Source of the DNA: Octopus sinensis
Lineage: Eukaryota
NCBI RefSeq assembly: GCF_006345805.1
Contig: NC_042999.1
Span: forward strand, 41,044,001-41,108,000
Length of the DNA: 64,000 nt
Direction of reading: 5' to 3'
A program made the position numbers and the translations under genes. This document shows, piece after piece, positions 25,353 through 39,489 of this stretch (within the stretch, counting starts at the first letter, position 1; the number at the start of each line of letters is the position of its first letter). Below the pieces are notes generated by a model. That model was not told where the DNA came from. It saw nothing but the letters and a program-made list of their open reading frames with translations, and searched no databases.

Positions 25353-25695
25353 AATGACAGGGTTAATACAAGAGTTGCAGGATGCCTACACATAAGTAAA
25401 CTTGGTGGCAAACAATGAGTAAAGCCACACTATACATGCACATATAATAAAAAGAAAAAAAATCACAGACAAGTAAGAGAAGTAGGAGGGGGAGGGTGAA
25501 GAGAGAGTGTAAATGACAGAAATTATGGGAGATGGTATAAAATGACAAATATATTTTATTTTAATTTAGTTTTAGGTAATATATATTTTTCGTCTTCAAA
25601 ACTTAATATTAATTTCATCATTTTTCATAAGCACCAAGCAAATCGATAAAGGTTAAATTATAATTACTGTATTTACACTATATTATACGAAATTA

Positions 25696-26150
25696 CACAT
25701 GGTGGAAAAAGTATCCTAACAAATATTTTACAGTAAATAAAAATTTGTTGGTACTACTTTTACTTTCATATTCATCACCTTGCTTATTTTGATTTCAAGG
25801 TTACTTGTGCCCCAAATAGCTTTTCAACACCTTTTGCAAGTGTTGCTTCTTTCTTTTATTTAATTCTGTTAATTTGAATACGCTTCTTGAATATATAATT
25901 CTCAGCCTTTTGGCTAAAACCAATGCGAGTAGACCTTATATTTGGAAATAAGGGCCTTATATATTTTTAAAAGCATTGTCTGTATGAGTGTGGTAGATTG
26001 GCAACTGCCTCAGACAATATACCCTGTCGTACTTCTTCAGTGTCTTTACGAGCTAAGTTTAAATCCTGTCGTGGACAACGTTGCATTTCAATTCATATTA
26101 AACCGTTTTGGGCGGAAGTTGATTGAAACAAAAAGTCATTAGGGTGTTGA
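25696..26150 (-). mobile_element. Possible Tc1-like element right-end remnant
   Basis: tacacatggtggaaaaagtatcc is a Tc1-style terminus, with a weak TDNA (QDNA-like) motif near 25980. The partner TIR was not found. Confidence 0.3.
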
Positions 26151-26949
26151 ACAAAATGATTAGCAGTATTTGTAATGTCTTTTTAAGTTGTCAGTTTACA
26201 TCCCGTGGAAATCAACTTTGACTTTCCATGTTCTAGGGTTGATATATTGCATATATAGCATAAATTGTAAAATGCGTCCGTCTTTTATCAAGATTTAAGT
26301 TTGGTTAGAGTGCCAGTGTCATTCAAGAGGGCTTTGGTCTTCTTTTTCTAGGTGTAAAGCTTCTCTCATTGATTTATATAAAAAATATGTAGTTGACAGC
26401 CAAAGCTGAGATAGGGCAAGATTAGTTGGTAACTGAGACAGAGATAATTCAAAGTAGAAGCGATGCGAAAAGATGATTTGGGATCATGTAATTAACTAAC
26501 CATCTCCCCTCTTAAAACATAATCACACAAACTCATACACATAGACACACCCACTCATGCACACTCTAGAAGACAGAGGTACACACACAAATACGCACAC
26601 GCATGCATACACAAACACACGAACATGCAGAATACATACGTACGTACTCACACGCATACATACATACACACATACATACACATACGTACATACTTACATA
26701 CATATATGCATACACAAGCACACACTTGCGCACAAGGAGACAAAAGGAACGCATCTCTAATAACGGACAGGCAACATCCATTTACAAGGTTGCAAAAGCA
26801 GCGAAAATTTTGGAAGACAAAAAAATAGAAATACTAAAAGAGCGGAAATTGAATCGTTGATCGTGTTACATATTAAAGCATTAAGGTAGTATGACTCTCC
26901 CCAGACACAACAAAATTATATTGAGTGCTTAGTCTTTACATCACGTTAG

Positions 26950-28560
26950 TCTTTATTCTACTTCATTTCGTTTAGATGCGGCATTCCATTCAAGCTTTTG
27001 CACTATTGTTATTTTTTCCTGTCGTGTTATTATCTTTTACTCTCCAGTCTAGTCATTCTCTTTTGCTTTTTTCTACCTTTTATTTTGGCATGGCTTTGTT
27101 ACATTTTGTGTTTATCTATATCTTAATGTACTTAGCTTATAATTTGTAAAGTATATTAGCTTTACATAGAGATAAATATTCCTCCCGTTGTTTTCCATTA
27201 TACCTTTTATTATGTTAACCAATTTTCCTTTATTCTCTTGTGAAATCTTTTAGAAATCCATTTCTTTCAGATTGCGTGTTAGATATATTCTATGTGTATC
27301 AGCTTCGGAATGACACACTTAGAATTCAGTTAGCAGCTTTCTTATTCTCTTATCTGAGTTCTTTAGTTTTTAATACGCTGAAGCTTTAGCGTAAGACTAA
27401 AATTAATAGCGTATATATTTTTATTATCTTACTTCTAGCTCAGTTCTTTAAGATTTGTCTGACTGATTCTAAGCTGATAATGTGAAAGAAACCATAGAAT
27501 TTCATACTAAATACTTTCCCTTATTTAGTTACTTCCCTTTAACGTTATGATTTAAATCTTAGTAAATAGACATTGACATACATCTTGTCAATTTTCATGT
27601 TAACAAGTACCAGTGAAAAACTGATATCATTTAATTCAAGTATGACGCTCGTACAAAATGGTAATGTGAGAAATTTCCCATGTAGTCTTCTAATGTTTCC
27701 TTCTCTTCGGTACATTGTTTGTGAATCACCATCTACTCCTAACTAATTTTATGACTCTCACTGTTTCAATAACCTAATTTTGGTGCCAAAATCTGAAGGA
27801 AATATACTATGTTTTATATTTCTTGTTGTTCATGAAACCCAGACTTGCCTTAATTATGTAGACATTCTGGCTTGGATCATCTCATTCCTTCTTTTTATAT
27901 TGTTTCTCATAAACTTCATTTAAGACTACATCATCCGACTTGACCTTTCTTTTCTTTCTTTCATTTTTTCTTCTTATTTTTTTTCTTTTATTTTGTTTTG
28001 AGAAGTTACTCTAACACTTATCAAAACTCTTACCAATTTTAATATCTTTGTTGTGTGCACCGAGGAAATACTCCAGCTGTGTGTTATGTCTGGTTCCTAG
28101 ATTTTTTTCTTTAAATCATCCATAAAAAGAAGATAGTTTATATGTTTTTTGCATTTATACCTAAATGTGGTTTGACTCAGGATATCTTAGTTAAATCCTT
28201 GTTTGACAAAAGACAGACGCTCCCTGGGAAGCTCAGCTTTTTTATGGAGACAGAGCTGATTTCTTCTATCTTGTCTTTATCTTGTAATATAATTAATGTT
28301 TTCTGTGTCACGTTTGCTACACATTTTAAGTATGTTGCTTCTACTTCTTTCTTTTATTTTTTAAATACTTCCCATGAAGTATCCAACAATGTTATTTGAC
28401 ACTGAAACTTTTTTTTCTGTAATTGTGTAATGTCATACTTAGGTATTTTATACTTATTTTATCCTGTCTTCAATAACATTTCCTATTAACAGTAGTCGTT
28501 ATTTACATCCACACATTTCCTTCAGTCGTACTTAATGCTTGTCTAACAAGACATCACCTT
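26950..28560 (-). pseudogene. Degraded reverse-transcriptase region of an R4/Dong-like non-LTR retrotransposon
   Basis: Minus-strand blocks in the correct order: GCK*RLLLIGNVIED (28466-28510), NYLLFMDDLK (28109-28138), KDIKIGKSFDKC (about 28030-28065), IRKLLTEF*VCHSEADTHRIYLTRN (27271-27345). Confidence 0.78.
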
Positions 28561-29599
28561 TCAGATGAAACTTCTAATGAGGTTCCTCACTTATGTATAT
28601 GTTTGTGTGTGTGTGTGTGTGTGTGCGCGCTCGCGAGTGCGCGTGTGTAATAGCTTTATGTAATGCCAGCAAACATACTATAGATCGATAACTCTTTTAT
28701 TTGCTGTAGTTAAAAGTCGGGTGTTTGACGATAAGGTGCTTTTCACTAATTTCATGTAAGGATGCTGGTACTGGTTCACGTGTACTGAATTAAATATCTA
28801 AATTAGAAATTACTGAAGTTATCGATTCTTCAAGCCTTTCATTTCCTGGTGGTCTTCATTGAGTTTGTAAGTGCTCCGATTGTTATACTGTTTTATTCCT
28901 GCGGTATTACTGCAGCATTATGGCACTGTTGTATGCATGGTCGTTACAGTTGCCCGTTTCAGACTGAGGTCTCAGCTCACGTCTATTGCGTGATATCTTC
29001 GTCAAGTATTATTTAAAACAGTCTTCTAACTGAAATTTGGTTAGACAGAATCTGTGTAGAAGGCCGTCAAATAGAATCTGTAGCTTTAGCGATTTGGTAA
29101 ATTCCTTGATCGAACAAATGGAATACTCATTCACAAAATTGACTGAGGTTCTGTTTACATTAAATTACTGTTTTCATATGTGTAATTTGTGTTGCATCCC
29201 TTTCCAGTAGAAGAGAACATATATATTTGTACCATGGTTTCGTTTAGAGTTTTGTTTGGGTTTGTGTACTAGTGATTGGGTACTAGTGATAGTACTCTAT
29301 CATATGTTTGCATTACTTCGTAATGTTGTTTTCTTTACTTTGTGCATATTTGTATGTTCTGATGCGTTATCTGTATCATCATTAATAATCTCTAAGTCCC
29401 ATATTATTATAGTTATTGTTTCTTTTTTCACTTTCTGTATGCTCTTTATCTGTGCTTTCGTAACTTATATTTGGATATATTCTCCATATGTTTAGAAATC
29501 CATTAACAGAAGATTGGAATATTGTTAGATGTCGAGCTAAATGCTTAGTGATATTTGTTTGTTTGTGCCCTTCTTAACATTCTGAGCTCGACTCCGACC

Positions 29600-30330
29600 A
29601 AGGTCAGTTTAGACTTGCTTCTTTCTGGTGTCGATAAAATGAAATACCAGTAAAATACAGTGGACGATTTAATCGTCAAAATTCTGCCCATAAATTCCTG
29701 ATTTTGAATACTATTGTTAGTGTTTCCATTTTTATCACGCTTCTTTCGGTTTTTAGAACTTTGTACTTTGATACTTTCTTGAGTGCATTCCGGTGAATTT
29801 TTTATCAAAATGCATCGAAATGGTTATCAGAGGGTAGAGATTTTGCTCCACCTATTAACAAATATATCTGTAAGTAATGCCTTCATCAATTTGTCAATCT
29901 GCAGAAGTATGTCCCAGATTATTGTGACCACGTATTTGGTACAAGAATATACCTATTTTTATCTGTTTTCACGTCAAAGAAGGCATAATGCCCACATTAT
30001 CCAGTAGACTCGACTACGCTTATATTGATACCGGCTCGTTGAAGTCTGGCTATAACGTGACAAGGACTACACAATCAGAAATAATATGATCGGTTTTCTC
30101 TATGTTCTGATTGCATAGTCTGCACTTGATGCTAAACGCTATTTCCAGTATAATATTTTATGGTTATTTCTAACTAACTATTGACACTACAAACGTAAAA
30201 ACGAACTTTGCCATTTCCACTCCTGATTCGGTGATCATGAACTTTCACTATCGCTTACTACTCTGTTGCTTAATACAAGATACTGGTTATAGAGTGTTTT
30301 TTTTTTCTCACAGGCTTTCTTGTAGAATAC
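29600..30330 (-). pseudogene. 3' part (CCHC knuckle + restriction-like endonuclease) of an R4/Dong-like LINE
   Basis: KCRLCNQNIEKTDHIISDCVVL (30062-30127), VTIIWDILLQIDKLMKALLTDIFV (29857-29928), KKVSKYKVL (about 29755-29780). Confidence 0.8.
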
Positions 30331-30522
30331 TTTGGAATTCTGTTTTCACTCATTTTATTTAGTCTATTAAGCCTATAGTTTGTTGTTTATTGTTTACGCT
30401 TTCTTCTCGTTTGTTCTTACCCGCTGCCTTATTACATTTAAATAGTTTTCTTTTGTTTCATATGTTTCGAGTCCTACAATACTTGTCTATTTGCGTTAGG
30501 CCCCGCCCGCACTTCGTGCTGG

Positions 30523-30523
<1 letters not shown>

Positions 30524-30553
<30 letters not shown>

Positions 30554-31310
30554 TGTATGTATGTATGTATGTATGTATGTATGTATGTATGTATGCATGT
30601 ATGTATGTATGTATGCATGTATGTATGCATGTATGTATGCATGTATGTATGTATGTATGTATGTATGTACGCACGCACGTATGTATGTACGCACGCACGC
30701 ATGCATGCATGTATGTACGTACGCACGCACGCACGTATGTATGTATGTATGTACATACTTACGTACGCATGTATGTATGCATGTACGTACATACTCACAT
30801 ATGTATGTATGTATGTACGTACGCACGTACGTATGTATGTACGTACGCACGTACGTATGTATGTATGTATGTAGTATGTATGTATGTATGTATGTATGCA
30901 TGTATGTATGCATGTATGTATGCATGTATGTATGTATGTATGTATGTATGTACGCACGCACGTATGTATGTACGCACGCACGCACGCATGCATGCATGTA
31001 TGTACGTACGCACGCACGCACGTATGTATGTATGTATGTACATACTTACGTACGCATGTATGTATGCATGTACGTACATACTCACATATGTATGTATGTA
31101 TGTACGTACGCACGTACGTATGTATGTACGTACGCACGTACGTATGTATGTATGTATGTATGTACGTACGTACGCACGTATGTATGTACGTATGTATGTA
31201 TGTATGTATGCACGCACGTATGTATGTACGCACGCACGCACGCATGTATGTATGTATGTGTGTGTATATATATATATATATATGTATGTATGTGTGTATG
31301 TGCGTTCGCA
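30524..31310. repeat. Complex (ATGT/ACGC/ACGT)n alternating purine-pyrimidine tract with a 287-bp higher-order duplication
   Basis: The marker catacttacgtacgcatg occurs at 30754 and 31041. This tract is the source of all ORFs between 30390 and 31422. Confidence 0.96.
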
Positions 31311-31442
31311 TAATGCATGTATCTGTATACATGTGTGTTCGGAGTTGATGCTTTGGAACACTGTTTCTTGTTTTCTTTATCTCATACAGCTTTCATTTTA
31401 TCACGTTGACGATGAAGTCTAAAATACACCTAGTAGCTTCTA

Positions 31443-31490
<48 letters not shown>

Positions 31491-31754
31491 TGTGTGTTAA
31501 GTACAAAGTTAATTATTCAGTGATAGATTCCTCTGATTCGTACAAGTACAAAGTATTGTCGATGTTTCAGATACCCTTCATGAAACGCATCCGAAAGATC
31601 ACAGACTTGTTCTACATGTTGGCAAAATTTTCAGTAATCTACTATTGAAGCATTAACTGTTTACACAGCGTGCTTGCACACGCACGCACGCATGCATGCA
31701 TACACATATATAGGAAAGACAGACAAAAAGAGGGAAATGACTGACTGAGTGAGT

Positions 31755-31785
<31 letters not shown>

Positions 31786-32253
31786 TTTTGTATTAGATGT
31801 ATAAAAGAAAGGGAAATGTTGAAATTCTTCTGAACTGAAGCATATGGCGAGTGAAAGAAAGTGAGAGGAAGAAAACGAGAGAGAGAGAGAAAGAGAGAGA
31901 GAGACAGAGAGAGAAAGAGAGTACGGTTAGTGAATGAAGGAATGAAAAAGAAAAACAGCAATAAAAAATATACATAGGGAATATTTGCAGAAAAAAAAAG
32001 GAAAAAGTGTTGATTATGCGGGGGGCAACTTCAAACGAAACGAACAATAATTTCATAGAAAAATCAACAAGATGATATTGAAAATCAATAAAACACTTTT
32101 TCATACTGTTATAAAACAAATCTAAAATGTAATGCAATTTTTTTTTTATGAGGAAGAAAAGCATCGATATTAAAATTGGAATGTATTTTCTTTAGAATGT
32201 TTGATTGAATAATTACAAGACATTCCCTTATTTCTTCAAGAAATCGAGTCCTT

Positions 32254-32314
<61 letters not shown>

Positions 32315-32879
32315 TGTATAGAGTGTGTGTGTGTGTATAGTGTGTGTATGTATGTATGTATAGTGTGTGTATATGTGTGTGCATGTATGTATGTATATAT
32401 ATAGCAATGCAGCTGTATACATACATTTTTGTTATATTTTATTATTTCTGCATCACTTTGTATAGTCATTCACTGTTTTTTTTTATTTTAATGTTTACTT
32501 TTTATTATTATATACTTGTTTCCTTCTCTTTTTTTTTTGTCATGTATATTTTGATCCACCATTATTTTGTGATCTTTTAGTTGTATAAAGAGTCTATTAA
32601 AAATAGTAACGATTATTACAGTACTATGAGTTTTCCGGACTATTAACCTCATCTACTGCGTTTCATCTACGCTGATGTTTCGATCGGTCTAGTCTCCAAA
32701 CGTCTTCGATTTCCTCTTGATACTGTTTCAGTCACTTTGCTCATACGCTTCGGTATTTATAATGGCTATAACAATTCATTTCTCTAACGATATAAATACA
32801 AATATAAGGTTATGACTATGCATGAAATATGTTTGGTATTCGATTAAGAGACACAGTGACGTGATAGTTAAAAAGCGGA

Positions 32880-33287
32880 TACTCTTTTACTCATTTACTT
32901 GTTTCAGTCACTTGACTGTGGCCATACTGGAGCACCGCCTTTAGTCGAGCAAATCTACCCCAAGACTTCTTTTTTGCAAGCCTAGTACTTATTCTATCGG
33001 TCTCTTTACGGTGAGGTAAACATATCAGCATCGGCTATCAAGCGATGTTGGGGGGGGGGGACATAGATGCACAAAGATATATACACTCATACAGACACAT
33101 ATATATATATATATACATATATACGACAGGCTTCTTTCAGTTTCCGTCTACCAAATCCACTCACAAGGGTTTGGTCGGCCCGAGGTTATAGTAGAAGACA
33201 CTTGCCCAAGTTGCCACGCAGTGGGACTGAACCCGGAACCATGTAGTTCGTAAGCAAGTTACTTACCACACAGCCACTCCTACGCCT
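32880..33287 (-). mobile_element. SINE A, full length
   Basis: Reverse complement of the A consensus, from actcttttactc to ccactcctacgcct. Confidence 0.94.
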
Positions 33288-33534
33288 GTTTAATTCCATC
33301 CAGTACATGACTAGATATTGTTGTAAGCATGCCATTGTGTAGATGACCAAAAAATTTCGATTTTTGCTCGCATTAAATGAGTATAAAGTTTTAAATATTT
33401 TATTATGGGGTTAGTTCACGTTGTCGCATAATAGCCGCATAGGAAACATATAATGCATGTGACAAATCACAAAAGCTGTACATGAAAAATTGTCTACCGA
33501 ATCACTCGTTATATCAACGCGAAAAACGCGTTTA

Positions 33535-33745
33535 AAATTTTGGCATAAGGCCAGAAGGTCTTGGTGGTGGGGCTTAGTCGATTACGTCGACCTCTGTGTT
33601 AAACTGGTACATATTTTATCGAGCTCGAAAGGGTGAAAGCCAACGTCGACCTCAACGAGATTTGAACTCAGAACGTAAAGACGAACGAAATGCCGCGAAA
33701 CGTTTTGTTCGGCGTGCTAACGATTCTACCAGCTCATCACCTTAA
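33535..33745 (-). mobile_element. SINE B1
   Basis: aaattttggcataaggcc...gtcgattacgtcgacc...atttgaactcagaacgtaaagacg...acgattctaccagctc. Confidence 0.85.
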
Positions 33746-36700
33746 CATGAAATATTGAAATATATAATAACGAAGTAAACAAACTTAGGAAATCTAACGT
33801 GTTCAATCTTTAGAGATAAGCCGGTACACTTCACTTTAGATATATATTTTAATAAGGTGAATCATCTTTAACTTCTGCCATTTCAAATAAAGATGTGTTT
33901 GACTACTTTTAGATTATATATATATATATATATTGTTATTATTCTGTTCATACAGAACTATGAATTCCACATATTCTGCGGAATGCAGATAAGGCGGGGA
34001 AGACGGAAACTTACTTTATAGTATTAATTATCAAAAAAAGAAAAACAAATCCTTAAAACATAGGATGTTGAACAGCTAGTGGTTTAATGCATTTTCTATA
34101 CCTTAAAACAAACATAGCCGATAGTTTAAGAGAAACAAAAAAGATATAACATTCCAGAATTTGATATCTTTACTTTTGTTCAATTCCCGTCAGAATTGCG
34201 AAGAGAAGATAATGTATTTGATAAACACCAGAATAATACTGGTGATTACTCCACTGATTATTGACAGCAATGTACACAAAAAATATGCAACTTTTACACC
34301 TGTCGATTTTTATTACGGAAATTCACCAGTCCCGCAGACGAGCATTTATTTGCATACCGGCTGTATCAGCTTTGTCATCTGATTTTGATTCTCAGTTGTA
34401 GTTATTTTATTTCAGTTGCGTTGCCGATAAAACCAGGAAAAAAACGAACGATACAATTTCCTGTTTTACCTTTCTAGAAGTGTTTCGTTATACGCTTAGG
34501 TGGGAAAACCGATATGAAACCTTTACATTGTGTCATCTTTGAGTTATGACCTCGAAGATATAGCTAGTTTCGAAAGCGAATATGCCTTTGAGAAATTGTA
34601 TGAAAATAACGATTGCTTAATAAGAAGGGAAATCACGGATTTATGGTCGCCACAAATATGGCGACTTGCTTATTATTTGCTAAGACATTTTAAATCTATT
34701 CTTACAGACGACAATCTCATATACTCATATACTAATAGGGTCGGATTTCGTTATCCACTAACTGACCACTTAGCATTGCGCGTATACCAATAATACTTCA
34801 TGCTGATAGTAAGTTGACGAATAAATTAGTACTCATTGGAGATTTTCATAGATAATGAAGACTGAGTCTAGTGATGGTATAAGTAGAATAATTTGTCTTT
34901 TACGCAATAAATAAAGTATTTGCGAATCAGATTTATGTTTCTCATGAATTCATACACGTATGTCTAAAGATATTTTGCACTTATCAAATGGTTTGTATAA
35001 TAATATTTTTCGGTAAGCAGAAAGATTTATATCTGACTGTTAGTTTTGATGTACCCCCCCCCCACACGCTCAAACATTTGCCTGCGCATGTAGGACACAC
35101 AAAATATTCATTCAGACAAGTGTTTAGAATACTAAGCATATTTCAATACAAGCACTTTAGACATTTTATCTCCCTACTTATTGAGAACATTAAAGGTAAA
35201 ACATTAAAGGTAAAACATGAATTTTGTTTTGAATAAAACGTAAAAAGACTCTGAAATGAATGCTCTGTAAGCTCCAAGCGCTATAATTCTAGGTGAGAGG
35301 AAAAATGTTGAGCGCTGATTAAATCTTGAATATTTTAATCGAAGAAGCATTTATGGCGTTACTCAAACAATTAGAGATAACATCTAAATACCTTAAATCA
35401 CACCCTGTTCTTTTCTTTTTTCAAAGCTGAAGACATTGAGCAATCTAGACCTAAACAATACTATTGGAAATACATCTGATATCATCCATGGCTTAACCAG
35501 GGTTAACCTAGGGTTAAACAAGAACAACTCAACAAGGGAAATGTATTTAAACGAGAACTATAGAAACATTATACGTTTTTGAACATTTGTCTATAAGCAT
35601 TTGTATAATTGTTAAAAGGTTCTAGTATGTATGAACACTAAAGCAATAGAAATAGAAAACCATGAATTTGGGTTTTGAATGAACTAGAAAGGAACTATAT
35701 AAATACGCTGTAAAAGCTAAGTTCTACATTTCTCGTTGATTAGAAGAATAATGAAAGTAAAGTTATAAATTAAAAATAATGTGCGTAACATAAACTGTAC
35801 ATGGAAAGAAATTATACGGTTGAATGGAAGAGAAATACTGATGAAAAGGTTATAAACAATACAAGCGATACTTTTAATAAATAAATCTTTATGGACAGTA
35901 ACAAGAAGTCTGTTTTGCTTTTGTTATTCTTTATTACGACTATTTTTGTTTGTTTTATAAAGCAACATATAAGCACTAAATATTTATTTTCCAATATATC
36001 AAACACAAAAATCACCAAAGTTCTGTTGACTGAAATAATTAGGAAAACTAAACACATAATTTTCCGTTGAATGAACACATTGAACGCACTTGACTGAACA
36101 TAACTGAACAGGTTTACGATTTTGAAACCACATTACTTTTAGATTGTTGGGTTTTGATGTTTTCTTTTTTTTTTGTATGTTTGTTTGTTTGTTTATTTAT
36201 TTTGTTAATGATTTGTGTGTTTTCTTCTCTATATTTAACCTAAGTTGTATGAAATTCAATTAATTCCAAATTGAAAGAGAACTTCGGCTTCCGTTGGATA
36301 AGTCAATCCAGATTCCCGTTGGTAAATCAATTAGTTTAAGACCACTTAGTAGCATATTGAAGCGACATTTTATACAACAAATACCACACAAGTACTATTG
36401 CCTTTGATAAAAACGAATGTACGTACAAACATCCAGCTGTCTCTATTTCTGTCACCGGTTTTAGCACCATTACCACCACCATAACAACCACCACCACTAC
36501 TACTACTACTACTGCTGCTGCTGCTAGTGATAGTGGTCGCTGCCATATGTAGTTGTCAAAATGGTGAATTGTTTTCAAATACTACTTCCTAGTTGCTGCA
36601 AGTGCTTCGTTTTTAAAGTTAATGCGGAAGGTATTAAGTTATTATTACTTTCGGTTTGACTTCCGGAAGTTGCCGTCTGATGGAGAACCTTTTGATTATA

Positions 36701-37617
36701 ATAAATTGGTTCAAGAACGACCTTTGCTACATTTAATACCATCATCACCGTCACCACCAACACCACTGCCGCCGCCGCCGCCACCGGCGACACCACTACC
36801 GCCATAGCGACGACCACTGACATGATGGGGAAAATCTTCGATTTTTTTTTTTTTGTAGCTTATTTAACTAGTTTCAGAATCTCTTGGCTTTGCAATTTCA
36901 ACCGATCTGTTTCCAATTATTTGCATTGTGTGAAAGAGATAGTTAACTGGAAACCAGAAAACTAAAGCTCCAAATCGAAAAACAATCGTATTATAATCTT
37001 TAATTTAGGATGTGTTATGTAGCTACACAAAAATTCGTCTTCTGGGGACAAAATCACGAAAGAAAGTAAGAACGCGAAACAATTTTGATGTGATGAAATA
37101 TATCAAAATGTATATGAGAGTTCTGACTAAATATAGCTGCTGTTATTAAAACAAACATTATTATTGTATATTTAACGTTAAGAGTGAAAATAAATAATTA
37201 AAAATAATTTTAAAAAACTATAAAAAAATATAAAAGACTAATAAACGCTCTCAGTGAAAATATAATGTGCTTGACCGAAGATATATTTCAAGCAGAGAAT
37301 GAAAATAATCAGGAGAGAACTAGGAGTGTAGACGGTTGAGTAAGAGGACATATAACCGAAATAGTAGCTGTGTATATGAAACCGGTAGTGGCATAGTTGA
37401 TGTTGATTATGATATTGAAATTGGTGTTGGAGGTGGTGGTAGTGGTAGTAGTAATAGTAGTAGTAGCAATGGTAGTAGTGGTTGTTGTTATTCATGTAGT
37501 GCTGAAAGCTGCACCAGTGGTGTAAAATTAGTCAGATGCTTTCAGGTTATGGGTTAATGAAATTAAGCTCTATTAAGCAACAATCTCGCGGAGTAGAAGA
37601 TTACTTTCAATTGACAG

Positions 37618-37717
37618 ATATTCGGCCAAAGTTGATGAGATTCGTCAACTTTGGTATGCTTCAGATTGGACTAATTCTGAAATGGTTATATGGCATAATA
37701 ACATCCGTGTGAAAATG
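37618..37717 (+). CDS. Candidate internal coding exon (phase 2 to 0), product unknown
   Basis: actttcaattgacag| acceptor, open frame YSAKVDEIRQLWYASDWTNSEMVIWHNNIRVKM, |gtaaac donor. No recognised homology. Confidence 0.25.
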
Positions 37718-38740
37718 GTAAACCTGGTGTTTGTATGGTTTTGTCCATGATACGTGTTTCTCCTTCGAATGCGTGTATATTTGTTCATAAGGATTCATCT
37801 TCGTGTTAGAGTGCACTGTTATGTAGAATTGTAACGTTAATGTGTGTACATGTGTGTGTATGTGTGTGTAAGAGAGAGAGAGGGGGGATTCTGTGTGTAT
37901 GTTTTGTGTGTGCGTGATTGTATTTGAATATTATATAAATGTGAACACGTATGTACAGATATGAGTTCACCAGTAAATGTCTCTCTATTAATGTTTAGGC
38001 TTGTGTGAAACTGAAGAATTGCTTATGCCTTTGTGTGCATCTATGATTTAACCAAACGGACGCACATTTGAGCATACAAGTGTATTTGTATAGGAGAGAA
38101 TGAAAGAGCCAGAGAGAGCAGGAATGAAAAGAGAGAGAGAGAGAGAGAGAGAGGGAAAGAAAGAAAGAAAGTCAAAGACCGAGTAACAGTTGATAATATC
38201 CTCACCAAAGCTGATCTATATGTTCACTTATCCTTCTAACCAAAACTGGTCATTATGGCTAATGCTAGGGTTAATAACACAGTTAGGAATAACCGCTCAT
38301 GCACATCGGTATATATCAATCTATTACCAATAGTAAAAGATATGCACACACACACACACACGTATATTCATGTTTATACTTCTGTCCAACTCTGCATGCC
38401 TGTCTGTCGGACTGTCGGACTGTTGTTTGTGCCGTGTTCGTTCCTTTGAAGACATGTCTCATTCGCTTTACCTTTTTTGTTTGTCTATTTTGCTGTATAT
38501 CACCACAAATGTGTTTGTGTCTTTCTCTACCTGATTACATGTGCAAGCGTAGACAGAAGCATATAAAATGAACAGAATCCATGTAGGAATAAAGAGTCTA
38601 GATTTCATACCTCGATATATCAGCTCGTAGTATTATGTGAATATGCGTCCATCGATTTTGGGCAATATGCGCGTATGCGCGTGCATGCATGGATGTGGGT
38701 TATATATGTACATATATCTATATATATATATTTATATATA

Positions 38741-39165
38741 TAGGAGTGGCTGTGTGGTAAGTAGCTTGCTTACCAACCACATGATTCCGGGTTCATTCCC
38801 ACTGCGTTGCACCTTGGGCAAGTGTCTTCTACTATAGCCTTGGGCCGACAAAGCCTTGTGAGTGAATTTGATAGACGGAAACTAAAAGAAGCCCGTCGTA
38901 TATATATATATATATATATTTATGTGTGTATGTGTGTGTGTGTATATATGTGTGTGTATATGTTTGTGTGTCTGTGTTTGTGCCCCCCCCCAAACATCGC
39001 TTGATAACCGATGTTGATGTGTTTACGTCCCCTTTACTTAGCGGTTCGGCGAAAGCGATCGCTAGAATAAGAACTAGGCTTACAAAGAATAAGTCCTGGG
39101 TGTCGATTTGTTCGACTAAAGGCGGTGCTCCAGCATGGCCGCAGACAAACAACTGAAACAAGTAA
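38741..39165 (+). mobile_element. SINE A, full length
   Basis: taggagtggctgtgtggtaagtagcttgc...aactgaaacaagtaa. Confidence 0.94.
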
Positions 39166-39174
39166 TGTGAAACT

Positions 39175-39225
<51 letters not shown>

Positions 39226-39489
39226 TGCAATAAAAAATAATACATGCACGTGATTATATTTATGCATTTCTGTGTTTGTATATGTGTGTGTGTGTGTGTG
39301 CGTGCGTATCTGACTGCGTTTGTATTTGTATATCTGTGTAAGTATTTTTGTATGCATATACCTGTGTCTCTGTGCTGCTAGTAAGTCTGTGACTATGGTG
39401 TCACCTATTCATCCGAACCTACGCACGCACACACACACGCACACACACACGCACACGCACACACGCACACACACACGCACACTCTCTCT

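Noticed and set aside
30390-31422. Long overlapping ORFs of up to 307 aa (MYVC/HTYI repeats)
   Set aside because: They are stop-free translations of a tetranucleotide microsatellite in several frames on both strands.
34530-34793. 87-aa non-repetitive ORF SSLSYDLEDIASFESEY...
   Set aside because: It starts at a non-ATG codon, has no recognisable motif or flanking splice pair, and its length is within chance.
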